Assembly: GCA_022840695.1 (NCBI GenBank) | Contig: JALHDC010000002.1 | Coordinates: forward strand, 91,374-155,373 | Length of the DNA stretch: 64,000 nt | Source of the DNA: a bacterium | Lineage (GTDB): Bacteria > Patescibacteriota > Dojkabacteria > SC72 | Direction of reading: 5' to 3' | Shown here: positions 30,128 through 40,471 of the stretch, piece by piece | How positions within the stretch are numbered: the first letter of the stretch is position 1 | Layout: the number at the start of each line of letters is the position of its first letter | Translations under genes and position numbers: made by a program | The notes under the pieces: generated by a model | What the model saw: only the letters and a program-made list of their open reading frames with translations | Database searches by the model: none | Told to the model about the DNA's origin: nothing

Positions 30128-33100
30128 TAATTAACAGTTACACTGTTACCTGTTATAGTATTTCCTCCTGATATAGCTGAAACAGATATTTCATACTGTC
30201 CACTAGTTACTCCATCACTTGTCCAAGATTGACTCCAACCATTGGAACCGTTGTTATCCGTTAAAGTTTTTGTGTATGCTCCTCCAGTTTTTTGAGTTAT
30301 TGTAAATGTAACCTGTTCGACACTTCCTCCTGAAACACTTGCTAATAATGTTACTGTGGGAGAGAAGGATATGGTCACTCCATTCGCAGGAGCTGCTATA
30401 GATAGACTAATAGAAGATACAGGATCTACTACTTTAACAGTTACACTTTTACTATCAACCTTGCCATAGTTATCCTTTGCAGAAACAATTATTGTATGAT
30501 TACCAATACTTGTTCCAGCAGGAACAAAGTAATTTACTACAAACTTTCCATCGGCCTTCAGAGAAGCTCCTGAGATATCAGATCCATCAAATTTAACCTT
30601 AAATTCTGTAATACTTTCTAAATATCTAACTTCCCCAGATATTTCTAGATTCTTTCCTCTTGTTACAGTGGCACCAGAAGATGGAGATGTTAATTCAACT
30701 ATTGGTGCATTATCTGGTCCTAAAGGAAGAGGACAAGCACCAGATGCCGGTTCAGCAAAAAGATATCTTGAACCCTCTCCAGAAAGTAGGTATGTTTCGT
30801 AGGCAACTCTTTGTAATTCATTTTCTAATTTAGTTGTCATTAACAATTTGCTCTGTACTAAACTATATTTAGCTGCGGCATCAAGATTGGTTGGAACTAA
30901 ACCATTTGCAGTACAAACTTGAATACTCTTTCTTTCATCACTCTGAGGAGGTCTTCCAGAAATATACAAAGATGCTTCTTTGGCACACTCTGTTGTTTCT
31001 GAAGCAGAACCACCTGAATCTGTACAAACAGAAGTTGTCATAATACCTGCAGGTCTATTGTATGTACCTGATGGATAGTTCTCAATCACCCTTCTGAAGA
31101 ATGAATTAGCTAATGGTAGCGGTACTGTGGATGACCATCCTCCAGGCATATCTTCATTGTTATTATTCCCAGTCCATACACCAACTGCTAGATTTTCATT
31201 GTAAAGAAATGCCAATAAGTCTCTAGGGCCATCTGTCGTTCCTGTTTTGCCACATAATTTAGATTTGCCAATATAGTAATATTGATTACCATATCTATCA
31301 TTAAATCCTGCCAAATCACATATCATCCAGTTTATCAAATACATTTCCTTCTCATCAAAAACTCTCTTCCCAGTGTTCTCCTCTGCTTCAAAAAGAACTT
31401 CCCCTTTAGAATCTTCTACCTTAAGTATTGCAACTATATCATTTCTAACACCGCTATTAGCTAATGTAGCATATGCATTGGTGAACTCTACCAATTTCAT
31501 CTCTCCAGAACCAAGTCCTAAACTTAGTCCATAGCTTGCCTTATTGGTCATTCCAGTCACACCAGTTTTCTCTATAACTTGAAGGAAATTATCTATACCA
31601 GCAAGTTGTAAAGTATAAACAGAAGGAACATTTCTAGACAATACTAAAGCTTTTCTAGCAGTCATAAGACCTTGATACTGCTTATCCCAGTTAGTTGGTT
31701 TATAGTTTCCAAATTGTATTTGTGGAATATCTGGTGTCAGAAGCCATGGACCATATCCTTGACCTATTGCAGTTAAATATACAAAAGGCTTAATTGACGA
31801 ACCCATCTGTCTTTCACTTACTGCGATATTTACATTACCATCGACTCTAGGATCCTCTACATTAAAATAATCAACAGAACCGACCATTGCTAACACCTGT
31901 CCATTCTTTGGATTTATTACAACCATTGCACCATTATTCACATTATATCTTCTTGCTGCTTCAACTCCTTTAACTATCTCCTCCTCAGCAATCTGCTGTA
32001 ATGACATGTCCAAAGTGGTAGTAACCTTTAGTCCACCTCTCTCAACACGATCTATTCCAAATTCTTCTTCTAACAACTGCTTTACATAGAAAACAAAATG
32101 AGGAGCATCAATATCTATCTCTTTGGTAGCATAGACCAATTCCTCTTCCCTTGCTTGTTCAATCTCTTCCTCTGTAATCCCAGTTAGTTTCTTGTTTTTA
32201 AGCATTTGATCAAGAACATACTCCTTTCTAACCTCAGCTAAGTCTGGATTTGTTCCATATAAAGGAGAATATACTCCTGGACTTTGTATTAAGCCTGCGA
32301 TTAATGCACTTTCCGCAAGTGTCAAATCATGAATATCTTTAGCAAAGTATGCATTCGCTGCTGCTTGGAAACCATAATTTACACCTCCTAGAGGAACCTC
32401 ATTCATATACATCTGTAAAATCTCATCCTTTGTAAAAGTTTGCTCTACCTGCATAGTAATTAAGATTTCCTTGATCTTTCTAGCATAGGTCTGAGCATAT
32501 GCTTCTTCTCCCAAGACATCATATAAAATAGTTGTCTTAACCAATTGCTGAGTAATGGTACTTGCACCTCTAACAATACCTCCTGCTGTTAAATTCTGAG
32601 TAAAAGCTTTAGCTATACCTAAATAATCAATACCCTTGTGTTGATAGAATTCAATATCCTCTGCTGCTAAAACTGACCATTTAATATATTCAGGAATATC
32701 TTCTATTGATACAAATTTTCTATTCTTATCACCATATACTGTATACAGCAATTCTCCCTCTCTATCCAAAATCTGAGTACTTTGCTCAGAACTTCTCTCA
32801 ACTAATTGGTCAGGGGAAGGTAGCGAATTCTGAAGATTTTTTAAATATATACCCAAGCCTATTAGTAGAATACAACCAAAGAAAAATCCAATACCTACTA
32901 CAACATACAGTATTTTCTTTGTCTTAAGCTTTATCTCTTTTTTATCTTTTTTCTTTGATTTCCCCTTACCTAATACAGGATTCTTTTTAACATTTCTAGA
33001 ATTATATTTCTTGAAATTCTTATACTTTGCCAAATTCATAGGAGAAAAAGCTTTTGAAAAAGGACCTTTTTTAAAAACACTTTTTGAGGATTTCCCCCTT

Positions 33101-33132
33101 CTGGAATCGGTTAAACCTACACTATATTTCAT
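30124..33132 (-). CDS. class A penicillin-binding protein (glycosyltransferase + transpeptidase) with Lys-rich cytoplasmic tail and C-terminal Ig-like domains
   Basis: 1002 aa. Motifs EDIEFYQHKGID (GT51), SxxK and KTGT. C-terminal beta-rich repeats. Confidence 0.85.
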   Translation of the reverse strand: MKYSVGLTDSRRGKSSKSVFKKGPFSKAFSPMNLAKYKNFKKYNSRNVKKNPVLGKGKSKKKDKKEIKLKTKKILYVVVGIGFFFGCILLIGLGIYLKNLQNSLPSPDQLVERSSEQSTQILDREGELLYTVYGDKNRKFVSIEDIPEYIKWSVLAAEDIEFYQHKGIDYLGIAKAFTQNLTAGGIVRGASTITQQLVKTTILYDVLGEEAYAQTYARKIKEILITMQVEQTFTKDEILQMYMNEVPLGGVNYGFQAAANAYFAKDIHDLTLAESALIAGLIQSPGVYSPLYGTNPDLAEVRKEYVLDQMLKNKKLTGITEEEIEQAREEELVYATKEIDIDAPHFVFYVKQLLEEEFGIDRVERGGLKVTTTLDMSLQQIAEEEIVKGVEAARRYNVNNGAMVVINPKNGQVLAMVGSVDYFNVEDPRVDGNVNIAVSERQMGSSIKPFVYLTAIGQGYGPWLLTPDIPQIQFGNYKPTNWDKQYQGLMTARKALVLSRNVPSVYTLQLAGIDNFLQVIEKTGVTGMTNKASYGLSLGLGSGEMKLVEFTNAYATLANSGVRNDIVAILKVEDSKGEVLFEAEENTGKRVFDEKEMYLINWMICDLAGFNDRYGNQYYYIGKSKLCGKTGTTDGPRDLLAFLYNENLAVGVWTGNNNNEDMPGGWSSTVPLPLANSFFRRVIENYPSGTYNRPAGIMTTSVCTDSGGSASETTECAKEASLYISGRPPQSDERKSIQVCTANGLVPTNLDAAAKYSLVQSKLLMTTKLENELQRVAYETYLLSGEGSRYLFAEPASGACPLPLGPDNAPIVELTSPSSGATVTRGKNLEISGEVRYLESITEFKVKFDGSDISGASLKADGKFVVNYFVPAGTSIGNHTIIVSAKDNYGKVDSKSVTVKVVDPVSSISLSIAAPANGVTISFSPTVTLLASVSGGSVEQVTFTITQKTGGAYTKTLTDNNGSNGWSQSWTSDGVTSGQYEISVSAISGGNTITGNSVTVNY

Positions 33133-33166
33133 AACTTAAAATATATATTATTTGACTCTTTTATTC

Positions 33167-33193
33167 AACCTTTGAATACATACTCAAAGGTTA
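33167..33193 (+). promoter_or_regulatory. perfect 9-bp inverted repeat AACCTTTGA-N9-TCAAAGGTT between divergent PBP and regulator gene starts
   Basis: Seen directly. Sits between two divergent starts, so a terminator is unlikely. Confidence 0.4.
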
Positions 33194-33241
33194 AAAGATC
33201 TGTCAAGATTTTGTAAGAGAAATTCATTACGATATCAATAT

Positions 33242-33925
33242 ATGCAAAATTTAGGAAACAGAAATGTAGTATTGTTATCAAAAAATATTGATGTAAGAGA
33301 GAAGATTAGATTGATTATGAGAAAATTCCCAGAGTTTAATCTTCAAATTCTTAAATCAAAGGAATGTTTACTATCCATAATAGATCCGAAGTTAATAATA
33401 ATAGATTTGGAAAACCTTAAGGATCTGCCAGAGATCTTAGAAACACTCAAAATATTAAGAAAAAGTTATTCCTTTTATTCTTTATTTTTAGTATATGACA
33501 TAGAAAAGATTGATATACTAGAAATATTTAAATATGGGATAGATGATATTATTGAGAATCCTATAAAGATATCTTTAATAGATGCACTTTTTCACAGATA
33601 TTTTAGAAATTTTAAAGATACTGTTGATACAGTATTACATTATAGAGGTATAGATCTGTATTTAGAAGATTCCTATGCTATTTTCAGAGAGTGTAAAATA
33701 CCATTGAATAGGGTAGAGGGCAGGATTCTTTCAATATTAATGGAATCACACAAACCAATTTCCATTGATGGTATAAGATCAAAAGTAAGTTATAGTTTAA
33801 ACAAAGAGATATCCAATCAAAATATACGAATAAATATATACAGGATTAGACAGAAATTTATTAAATGCACAGGACTTAATATCATAGGGAATGAATACGA
33901 AAGGGGATATTATATATCCGTATAG
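33242..33925 (+). CDS. OmpR/PhoB-type winged-helix DNA-binding protein with degenerate (pseudo-)receiver domain
   Basis: 227 aa. C-terminus RILSILMESHKPISIDGI...IYRIRQKF...GYYI matches the trans_reg_C pattern. N-terminus lacks the acidic pocket of receivers. Confidence 0.55.
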   Translation: MQNLGNRNVVLLSKNIDVREKIRLIMRKFPEFNLQILKSKECLLSIIDPKLIIIDLENLKDLPEILETLKILRKSYSFYSLFLVYDIEKIDILEIFKYGIDDIIENPIKISLIDALFHRYFRNFKDTVDTVLHYRGIDLYLEDSYAIFRECKIPLNRVEGRILSILMESHKPISIDGIRSKVSYSLNKEISNQNIRINIYRIRQKFIKCTGLNIIGNEYERGYYISV

Positions 33926-33926
33926 A

Positions 33927-36557
33927 CTATATCTTTTTCTTCCATTCCATTATCTTATTTAATGCCTCAATAGGGGTTATATTATCTATATCCATCTTTT
34001 GAATCTCTCTTTCTATCTCTGATTCTTTAGCGGAAAATAGCGGATATTGATATCCATTCAAGCCATTCTTTGAGATATCCTTTTTAGGAGATACTATATC
34101 TGCATCTCTAAGACTATTTTTTCCAGAGAACATATTTTTTTGTTCAAAACTTTCTAATATCTCATTGGCTCTTTTTATAATTTTCTCTGGTAATCCTGCC
34201 ATCTTTGCAACATATATACCGTAACTTCTATCTGTTCCTCCTTCAACGATTTTTCTTAAAAATATCACAGTACCTTCTTCCAGATCTTCTTCTACCAATA
34301 CATTGTAATTCTTTACTTTCTCTGGATATTTCTCAGAAAGTTTTAATAACTCATGATAGTGGGTAGCGAAGAGTGTTCTAGCTTTTGTATCTTTAATTAA
34401 ATGCTCAGAAAGGGCCCATGCGATACTTACTCCATCATATGTACTTGTACCTCTTCCTACCTCATCTAAAACTATTAAGCTGTATTTTGTAGCATTATTT
34501 ATAATATTTGCAGCTTCATCCATTTCAACCATAAAGGTACTTCTTCCTCTGCTAAGATCATCAGAGGCACCAACTCTTGTAAATATTCTATCTACTAGTG
34601 ATATTTCTGCACTTTTAGCAGGAACAAAACAGCCTATCTGTGCCATTAACACTATAGTCGCTACCTGTCTAATGTATGTAGATTTTCCTGACATATTTGG
34701 TCCTGTTAAAATAGCCATACTGGAATCAGTTAGATTTAGCAATGTATCATTTGATATGAACTCCTCCTCTGAAACTTGTTCTACAATAGGGTGTCTACCA
34801 CTTTCTATATTAATAATTCCATCCTTCTCTCCCATTTCATATATAGTTGGTTTTGTATAGTTAGAATGACCTGCAAGAAATGCAAATCCACTTAATACAT
34901 CTATGTTGGCTATTGTAAAAGATACTTTCTGCAACATCTCTAAATGAGGAAAAAAAGAATCTCTAAAATCAGAAAACAGGTTATATTCAATCAAACAAAC
35001 CTTATCTTGAGCATTTAGTATAATATTTTCTCTCTCCTTTAATTCCTCTGTTATATACCTTTCTGAATTAACCAATGTTTGTTTTCTTATGTATCTTTCT
35101 GGAACTTTTTCCTGATGAGTTTTTGTTACTTCGATATAGTAGCCAAAGACTCTATTAAAACTTACTTTTAGGGAGGATATTCCTGTTTCCTCTCTCTCTT
35201 TAGATTGAAATTCTCTTATCCAAGATTTACTATCACCTGAAAGAGATCTTAATTCATCAACTTCTTTGTTAAATCCTTCCTTTATTATTGTACCTTCTGT
35301 TATGGATAGGGGTGGATCTTCTACCAGTGTAGTATCTATTTTTTCTATCAAATTTTTTATTAATTTAGTATCAACATCAGTATATTTTATATTCAATTCC
35401 TTTTTGATTATTTCTGATATTTCAAGAAATCCTTCCAAAGATCTTTGTAATGCTTTCATATCCCTAGCATTAACTCTACCCAAACCTATCTTCCCAACTA
35501 TTCTTTCAATATCATCAATGTCCTCCAAAATGCTTCTTACCTGTTCCAATGTATTGGAATTTTTTGTGAATTTATCAACCATTTGTAATCTCTCTTCTAT
35601 TTCCTTTACTTCAATTAAAGGATTGAGCAACCAGGAGTAGAGAAGTCTTTTTCCCATTCTTGTATTACTTTTGTCTAAGACAGAGAGTAGGGAATTCGAG
35701 ATGTCTGAGGTATATGCATTTGTAATTAATTCTAGATTTCTAATAGTCGAGCTGTCTAACACCATCCTTTTATTCATCTTTACTCTGTGTGGTTTGAGTA
35801 TATGCACTGGATCCATTAACTGAGTATCCTCTATATACTTAATTATCATTGCTACAGAAATTAGATCTATAGATTCTTTTTCAATATCAAGGGAATTTGT
35901 ACTTTTTATTTTGTAGAACTTTTTAATGATTTCCTCAGAATACTGCCTATTCTTTAAACCCTTTTCTACAAATTGAACAGGTATTTTACCGATATTTAAA
36001 TTTTCCTCACCTTCTATTAGCAATATTTCAACAGGATCGTAGGAAGATAGAATATAGGGAATTGAATTCTTGTTTAATTGTTCATTAAGAAGCAAAAACT
36101 TACCTGTAGATACATCACATAGAGAGGCGGTTATTTCTTTTTTTTCAATGTATATTGCACAAAGATATGAATCTTTCAATATACTAGCTTGATCTCCATC
36201 TAAAGTTCCAGGTGTTACAACTCTAGTCACACCTCTTTTCACTATACCTTTAGATACTTTAGGATCTTCTAACTGATCAACAACCACTACACACTGTCCT
36301 GCTTGTACTAATTTGGGCAAATATTGATCTATTGCCTTGTGTGGAAATCCTGCTAATGGTACTCCATTTTTTTTCTTATCTCTTTTTGTAAGGGTAATGT
36401 TTAATATTTTGGAAGTGATCTTTGCATCTTCTCCAAAAGTTTCAAAAAAATCTCCCATTCTAAAGAGAACTATTTTATCTGGATACTGCTTCTTAAAACC
36501 CAGATACTGTTTCATCATAGGTGTATCATTCATTGGGAAAAGTATATCACGAATCAA
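33927..36557 (-). CDS. mutS: DNA mismatch repair protein MutS
   Basis: 876 aa. Walker A GPNMSGKST. MutS domains I-V. Confidence 0.9.
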   Translation of the reverse strand: MIRDILFPMNDTPMMKQYLGFKKQYPDKIVLFRMGDFFETFGEDAKITSKILNITLTKRDKKKNGVPLAGFPHKAIDQYLPKLVQAGQCVVVVDQLEDPKVSKGIVKRGVTRVVTPGTLDGDQASILKDSYLCAIYIEKKEITASLCDVSTGKFLLLNEQLNKNSIPYILSSYDPVEILLIEGEENLNIGKIPVQFVEKGLKNRQYSEEIIKKFYKIKSTNSLDIEKESIDLISVAMIIKYIEDTQLMDPVHILKPHRVKMNKRMVLDSSTIRNLELITNAYTSDISNSLLSVLDKSNTRMGKRLLYSWLLNPLIEVKEIEERLQMVDKFTKNSNTLEQVRSILEDIDDIERIVGKIGLGRVNARDMKALQRSLEGFLEISEIIKKELNIKYTDVDTKLIKNLIEKIDTTLVEDPPLSITEGTIIKEGFNKEVDELRSLSGDSKSWIREFQSKEREETGISSLKVSFNRVFGYYIEVTKTHQEKVPERYIRKQTLVNSERYITEELKERENIILNAQDKVCLIEYNLFSDFRDSFFPHLEMLQKVSFTIANIDVLSGFAFLAGHSNYTKPTIYEMGEKDGIINIESGRHPIVEQVSEEEFISNDTLLNLTDSSMAILTGPNMSGKSTYIRQVATIVLMAQIGCFVPAKSAEISLVDRIFTRVGASDDLSRGRSTFMVEMDEAANIINNATKYSLIVLDEVGRGTSTYDGVSIAWALSEHLIKDTKARTLFATHYHELLKLSEKYPEKVKNYNVLVEEDLEEGTVIFLRKIVEGGTDRSYGIYVAKMAGLPEKIIKRANEILESFEQKNMFSGKNSLRDADIVSPKKDISKNGLNGYQYPLFSAKESEIEREIQKMDIDNITPIEALNKIMEWKKKI

Positions 36558-36574
36558 TATTGTGATACTACAGG

Positions 36575-39154
36575 TTACTTGCTAAGAATTATCTTACTTT
36601 CTTCCTCAGCTACAACCTTTCTTGCTTCTGCAATATCTTCAGAAAGCACAGAGATACCATACACACCAACCTGTACACAGTATCTTATTAATGGCTTACT
36701 ATTCTCAGCAACTACAATTACACTATCTGTTTTTCCTTTAACTACATCTAATACATTATCCAAAACTTTGAATACACTGTTTCGAGCTAAATCATATTTA
36801 ACATCAGTATCATCAACTTTAAATCCTTGCATCTGTTTTGCAATTCTTGGCATATTTAAAATTAATCCATCTATTTTTGTTTCTGCTATTTCATCAGCCA
36901 ATATTATCTCTGCAGGATTATCAAGTATTGCATATATTTTAAAGGTGGAAGTTCTTCTCAATTTTTCTCCCATTAACTGTTTCTTAAATTCTTTCATGAC
37001 TTCTCCACTCATCGGAGAGTGTAGAGCAACTGAAACATTTCTTTTTTTATAAATATTCCTTACCCTCTTAATTATTTTAATAATTCTTTTTAGCATTTCT
37101 AGATTATTTACATAGTGTGTACCACCATATACTTCATCAGAAAGATCTGAAGATTCATATGTTTTACCTTTTGTGAGAGATCTAAAATCTTTTACTTTCC
37201 CTGACCCTATTGAGAGTATTACTTCATCACCATGTACCAAATCAACATATTCTAAAATCTTCTCAGATATTTTCTTTGAGAAATCAACAAACTCCTTTTC
37301 TTCAACATATGCCATGAGATGCTTCCCATCCTCTAAAAGAATTTTATCCAAATCTAAATACACTAAACCATTGGAATTACCAATATATTCAAAAAGATCT
37401 TTTGGCTTTTTATCCATCATACTAAACACTCTTGTAGCACAAGGGGGTAGGGTGGAATCTTTAGGAGGAAGTACCTTTTCCTCTTCCTTGCTATCTGACT
37501 TTTGAATTTCTTCTTCTTGAAGAAGATCAACTCCAACAACATCACCTTTGCTATATGCATCCACAACAGGATGAACTTCAGGAGCAGAGTCAATTTTTTC
37601 TGCAAAATATACTGTACCTGAATTACCATCTAATTTTATCCAATCCCCAGATTTTAAAACCTCAGAAGCTGTATTAGTACCAACAACAGCAGGAATACCT
37701 AATTCTCTACTAAGTATTGCTGTATCACTCGTTATTCCCCCTGTATCCATAATTACACCCCCACAAGAGATTATCATGGATTCCATTTCTGAGGAGTATT
37801 TCTTAATCAAAAGAATATCCTGTTTTGTAAACTTGGTATCTACCGGAGAATCAACAACTGTAATTTTACCTGTTACAACTCCAAAACTAGCACCTATACC
37901 GGAAACAACAAAATCATCCTGTTTTACATCTTTCTGCTCATTTTCTGATTCTTTCTTTGCAGAAAGAATTAATTTTTCTAAATTCACATTTTTCTGATTA
38001 CTATTCTTTTGCATTAATCTTTGAGCATCTGAGACAGCCTGTGTAACTATCATGCTCTCACCTTTATACTTTTCTACGAAAGCAATAACTAATTCTCGAA
38101 TACTTCTTCTTGTAATATCATTAACATCTACAATAACTCTTTCTTGAACCATTGGCTCATACAAAGATTTGTTTTGGAGTATCCAAAATCGTCCACCAGA
38201 AAGAACCCATTCCAGATTCTGTATCTGTCTAGATTTATTCTCTACAATCAAAGCAATTTTTGATATCTCTTCCATATCCTTATCCGAAAGCTTCTGTCTA
38301 TGACTCCAATTTGCAGATATCTTTATTTTTTCAACATTGCTCTTACCTCTAGGTGAAGATTTCAATGTACGAACCTTCATCCATTCTTGAGGTGCAATAT
38401 GCTTCTCTACTACAGTTAAATCTTTTTTGTTAAGAAGGTATGAGTCAGGTGTAATCTCTCCAAGAGAAATTACATCTCCCAATCCAAAAACTGCTTCAAT
38501 ACTCAATTTACTACTATCCTGTGTTATTGGATCTGTGGTAAATACAACTCCCGATACTTCTGATTGAACCATTTTCTGTACAACAACAGCCAACTTTACA
38601 TCAGACAAATCTATGCCCATTTTGGAAGAGTATGCGACCACATCATCGGAAAACATTGATGCATATACTCTCTTTATTGCATTTTTCAAATCCTCATACT
38701 TTCTTACATTAAGCTCTGTAGAAAATATCCCACTGAAAGAAACCTGTTCATTTTCTGGAAATACAACAGATGATCTCACAGATACCCATGCATCTGTAAA
38801 GCCTGAGAGTCTAGTATAGGCACTTAAGATTTCTTCTTGTACCTCTTTACTAAATTCGCTTTTTAACAATACATTTTCAATCTCTTCTTTTTCTGGATTT
38901 CTACCTTTAGAAAGAAGTTTCTTTTGAGCTGATTCTAGAGAGGTATAGCATAGATCCACAAAGACATTACTTGATATAACAAAGAATTCAGGAACAGGTA
39001 CATCCATGTCTTTTAATTGAAAAAGACTTAATCCCTTCCTTCCAATTCTACTTTCATTTAAATCTTTTGCTGAATAGTCTTCAAAAAAGAAAACATTACT
39101 CTTTTTTGTAGGCATATTTTCCATCTTTAACTGGGCAGTAAAAATTAAGATCAA
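36575..39154 (-). CDS. PEP synthase / pyruvate-phosphate-dikinase-like protein (PPDK_N ATP-grasp + PEP-utilizers swivel domain with His replaced by Asp + divergent C-terminal domain)
   Basis: 859 aa. N-terminal GRKGLSLFQL. Swivel motif GIGASFGVVTGKITVV...GGITSDTAILSRELGIPAVVG. Canonical enzymes have TSHAAI at this site. Confidence 0.7.
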   Translation of the reverse strand: MILIFTAQLKMENMPTKKSNVFFFEDYSAKDLNESRIGRKGLSLFQLKDMDVPVPEFFVISSNVFVDLCYTSLESAQKKLLSKGRNPEKEEIENVLLKSEFSKEVQEEILSAYTRLSGFTDAWVSVRSSVVFPENEQVSFSGIFSTELNVRKYEDLKNAIKRVYASMFSDDVVAYSSKMGIDLSDVKLAVVVQKMVQSEVSGVVFTTDPITQDSSKLSIEAVFGLGDVISLGEITPDSYLLNKKDLTVVEKHIAPQEWMKVRTLKSSPRGKSNVEKIKISANWSHRQKLSDKDMEEISKIALIVENKSRQIQNLEWVLSGGRFWILQNKSLYEPMVQERVIVDVNDITRRSIRELVIAFVEKYKGESMIVTQAVSDAQRLMQKNSNQKNVNLEKLILSAKKESENEQKDVKQDDFVVSGIGASFGVVTGKITVVDSPVDTKFTKQDILLIKKYSSEMESMIISCGGVIMDTGGITSDTAILSRELGIPAVVGTNTASEVLKSGDWIKLDGNSGTVYFAEKIDSAPEVHPVVDAYSKGDVVGVDLLQEEEIQKSDSKEEEKVLPPKDSTLPPCATRVFSMMDKKPKDLFEYIGNSNGLVYLDLDKILLEDGKHLMAYVEEKEFVDFSKKISEKILEYVDLVHGDEVILSIGSGKVKDFRSLTKGKTYESSDLSDEVYGGTHYVNNLEMLKRIIKIIKRVRNIYKKRNVSVALHSPMSGEVMKEFKKQLMGEKLRRTSTFKIYAILDNPAEIILADEIAETKIDGLILNMPRIAKQMQGFKVDDTDVKYDLARNSVFKVLDNVLDVVKGKTDSVIVVAENSKPLIRYCVQVGVYGISVLSEDIAEARKVVAEEESKIILSK

Positions 39155-39160
39155 TATATA

Positions 39161-40339
39161 TTAAACAATACCTTTCGCCTCTAATTTTTGCAAGTCAATA
39201 TAGAATTCGTAGAGAATCTGGATAATAACCATGACAGGAACTGCTATAAATCCTCCAACAACTCCAAATAGTGTCAAAAATATTATTACTCCTAGCATTA
39301 CCATTATTGGTTTTAATCCAACAGCATTTCCCATAACCTTAGGTATTATGATGCTATTTTCAATCATTTGGTAAATCACAAATGATCCTAGTAAAATTAC
39401 TGCCTTTATTGGGCCAACTGTAATTAATGCTACTAAAGACATCAAAACACCTGCTAAAGAGGAACCCAAGTTTGGAATTATCCCTAAGAATGCTGTAAAC
39501 ATCGATAAAGGTAATGCAAATGGAACACCTAGAATAGTGAGTAGGATAGCAGAAAATACTGCTACTAAGGAACTCACCAAAGCCTGTCCCAAAACCCATC
39601 CTCCCAACTTTCTTTCTACATCCATAACTAATCTCCTAACTCTTTCCCTCTTCTCGTCGGATACAATTCTAATCAATAATATATCGAAGAATGAATCATG
39701 TTCTGAAACAAGATATATTGAAAAAACAATAGAAGTAACTAGAAATGCACCAGTACTAAAGAATCCAGAAAGGAATCCAGCAACATTCTTTACATTACTC
39801 ACAGTTGGAAAAGACTTAATGATATCAGTAGCATACTGATTGATCATATCTGTTTCTAAAGAGTATCCTGCGATAGAGATACTTTCTATAAATTTCAAAC
39901 CATCATCTATCCAATTAGGAACCTCTTTTACCAAACTGGTTAATTGGTTAAAGAAAGGAACCAGTATTAATACAAACACTACTTGAATGAGAATGAAAAG
40001 GATTACATAGGAGATTGCAATAGACCAACCCTTAGAAATACCACGACCCATTAACCATGCAACAACAGGTCGGATAGATGACATAACTGCAAATCCAAAG
40101 AAAAGGAAAAGTGATATTGCAAATAACTGATTAGCATAGAATACGAAAGAAAGTACAAGAAGAAGAAAAGCAATTAATCTAGGAGAAAAATCAATCATTA
40201 CAGTATCACCTCTTACAAAATCCTTTGATCTCATATAACTACCGTGTGTATCAGAAGATGTATTTGATCTTCTTGCAGTATAACTATCTTCTATTCTTGA
40301 ATTATTATCACTTACAGAAAAACTTTTTGCCATAATCAA
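39161..40339 (-). CDS. AI-2E family transporter (PerM/YhhT-like)
   Basis: 392 aa polytopic membrane protein with the conserved AI-2E C-terminal region. Confidence 0.7.
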   Translation of the reverse strand: MIMAKSFSVSDNNSRIEDSYTARRSNTSSDTHGSYMRSKDFVRGDTVMIDFSPRLIAFLLLVLSFVFYANQLFAISLFLFFGFAVMSSIRPVVAWLMGRGISKGWSIAISYVILFILIQVVFVLILVPFFNQLTSLVKEVPNWIDDGLKFIESISIAGYSLETDMINQYATDIIKSFPTVSNVKNVAGFLSGFFSTGAFLVTSIVFSIYLVSEHDSFFDILLIRIVSDEKRERVRRLVMDVERKLGGWVLGQALVSSLVAVFSAILLTILGVPFALPLSMFTAFLGIIPNLGSSLAGVLMSLVALITVGPIKAVILLGSFVIYQMIENSIIIPKVMGNAVGLKPIMVMLGVIIFLTLFGVVGGFIAVPVMVIIQILYEFYIDLQKLEAKGIV

Positions 40340-40398
40340 ATCTGTATAAAATTATGTCTAATTATATCAATTTCGAAATTACTTTAATATACATATTA

Positions 40399-40428
40399 AC
40401 AAAAAAGGGAGAGTTAATTAACTCTCCC
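40399..40428 (-). terminator. intrinsic terminator on the minus strand after gene 40472-41353 (GGGAGAGTTAATTAACTCTCCC plus T-run)
   Basis: 8-bp GC-rich stem followed by a T-run on the minus strand, seen directly. Confidence 0.65.
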
Positions 40429-40471
40429 TTCCATTACCTTTAGACAAACTATCTCTTTCCTTTGTACTTTA

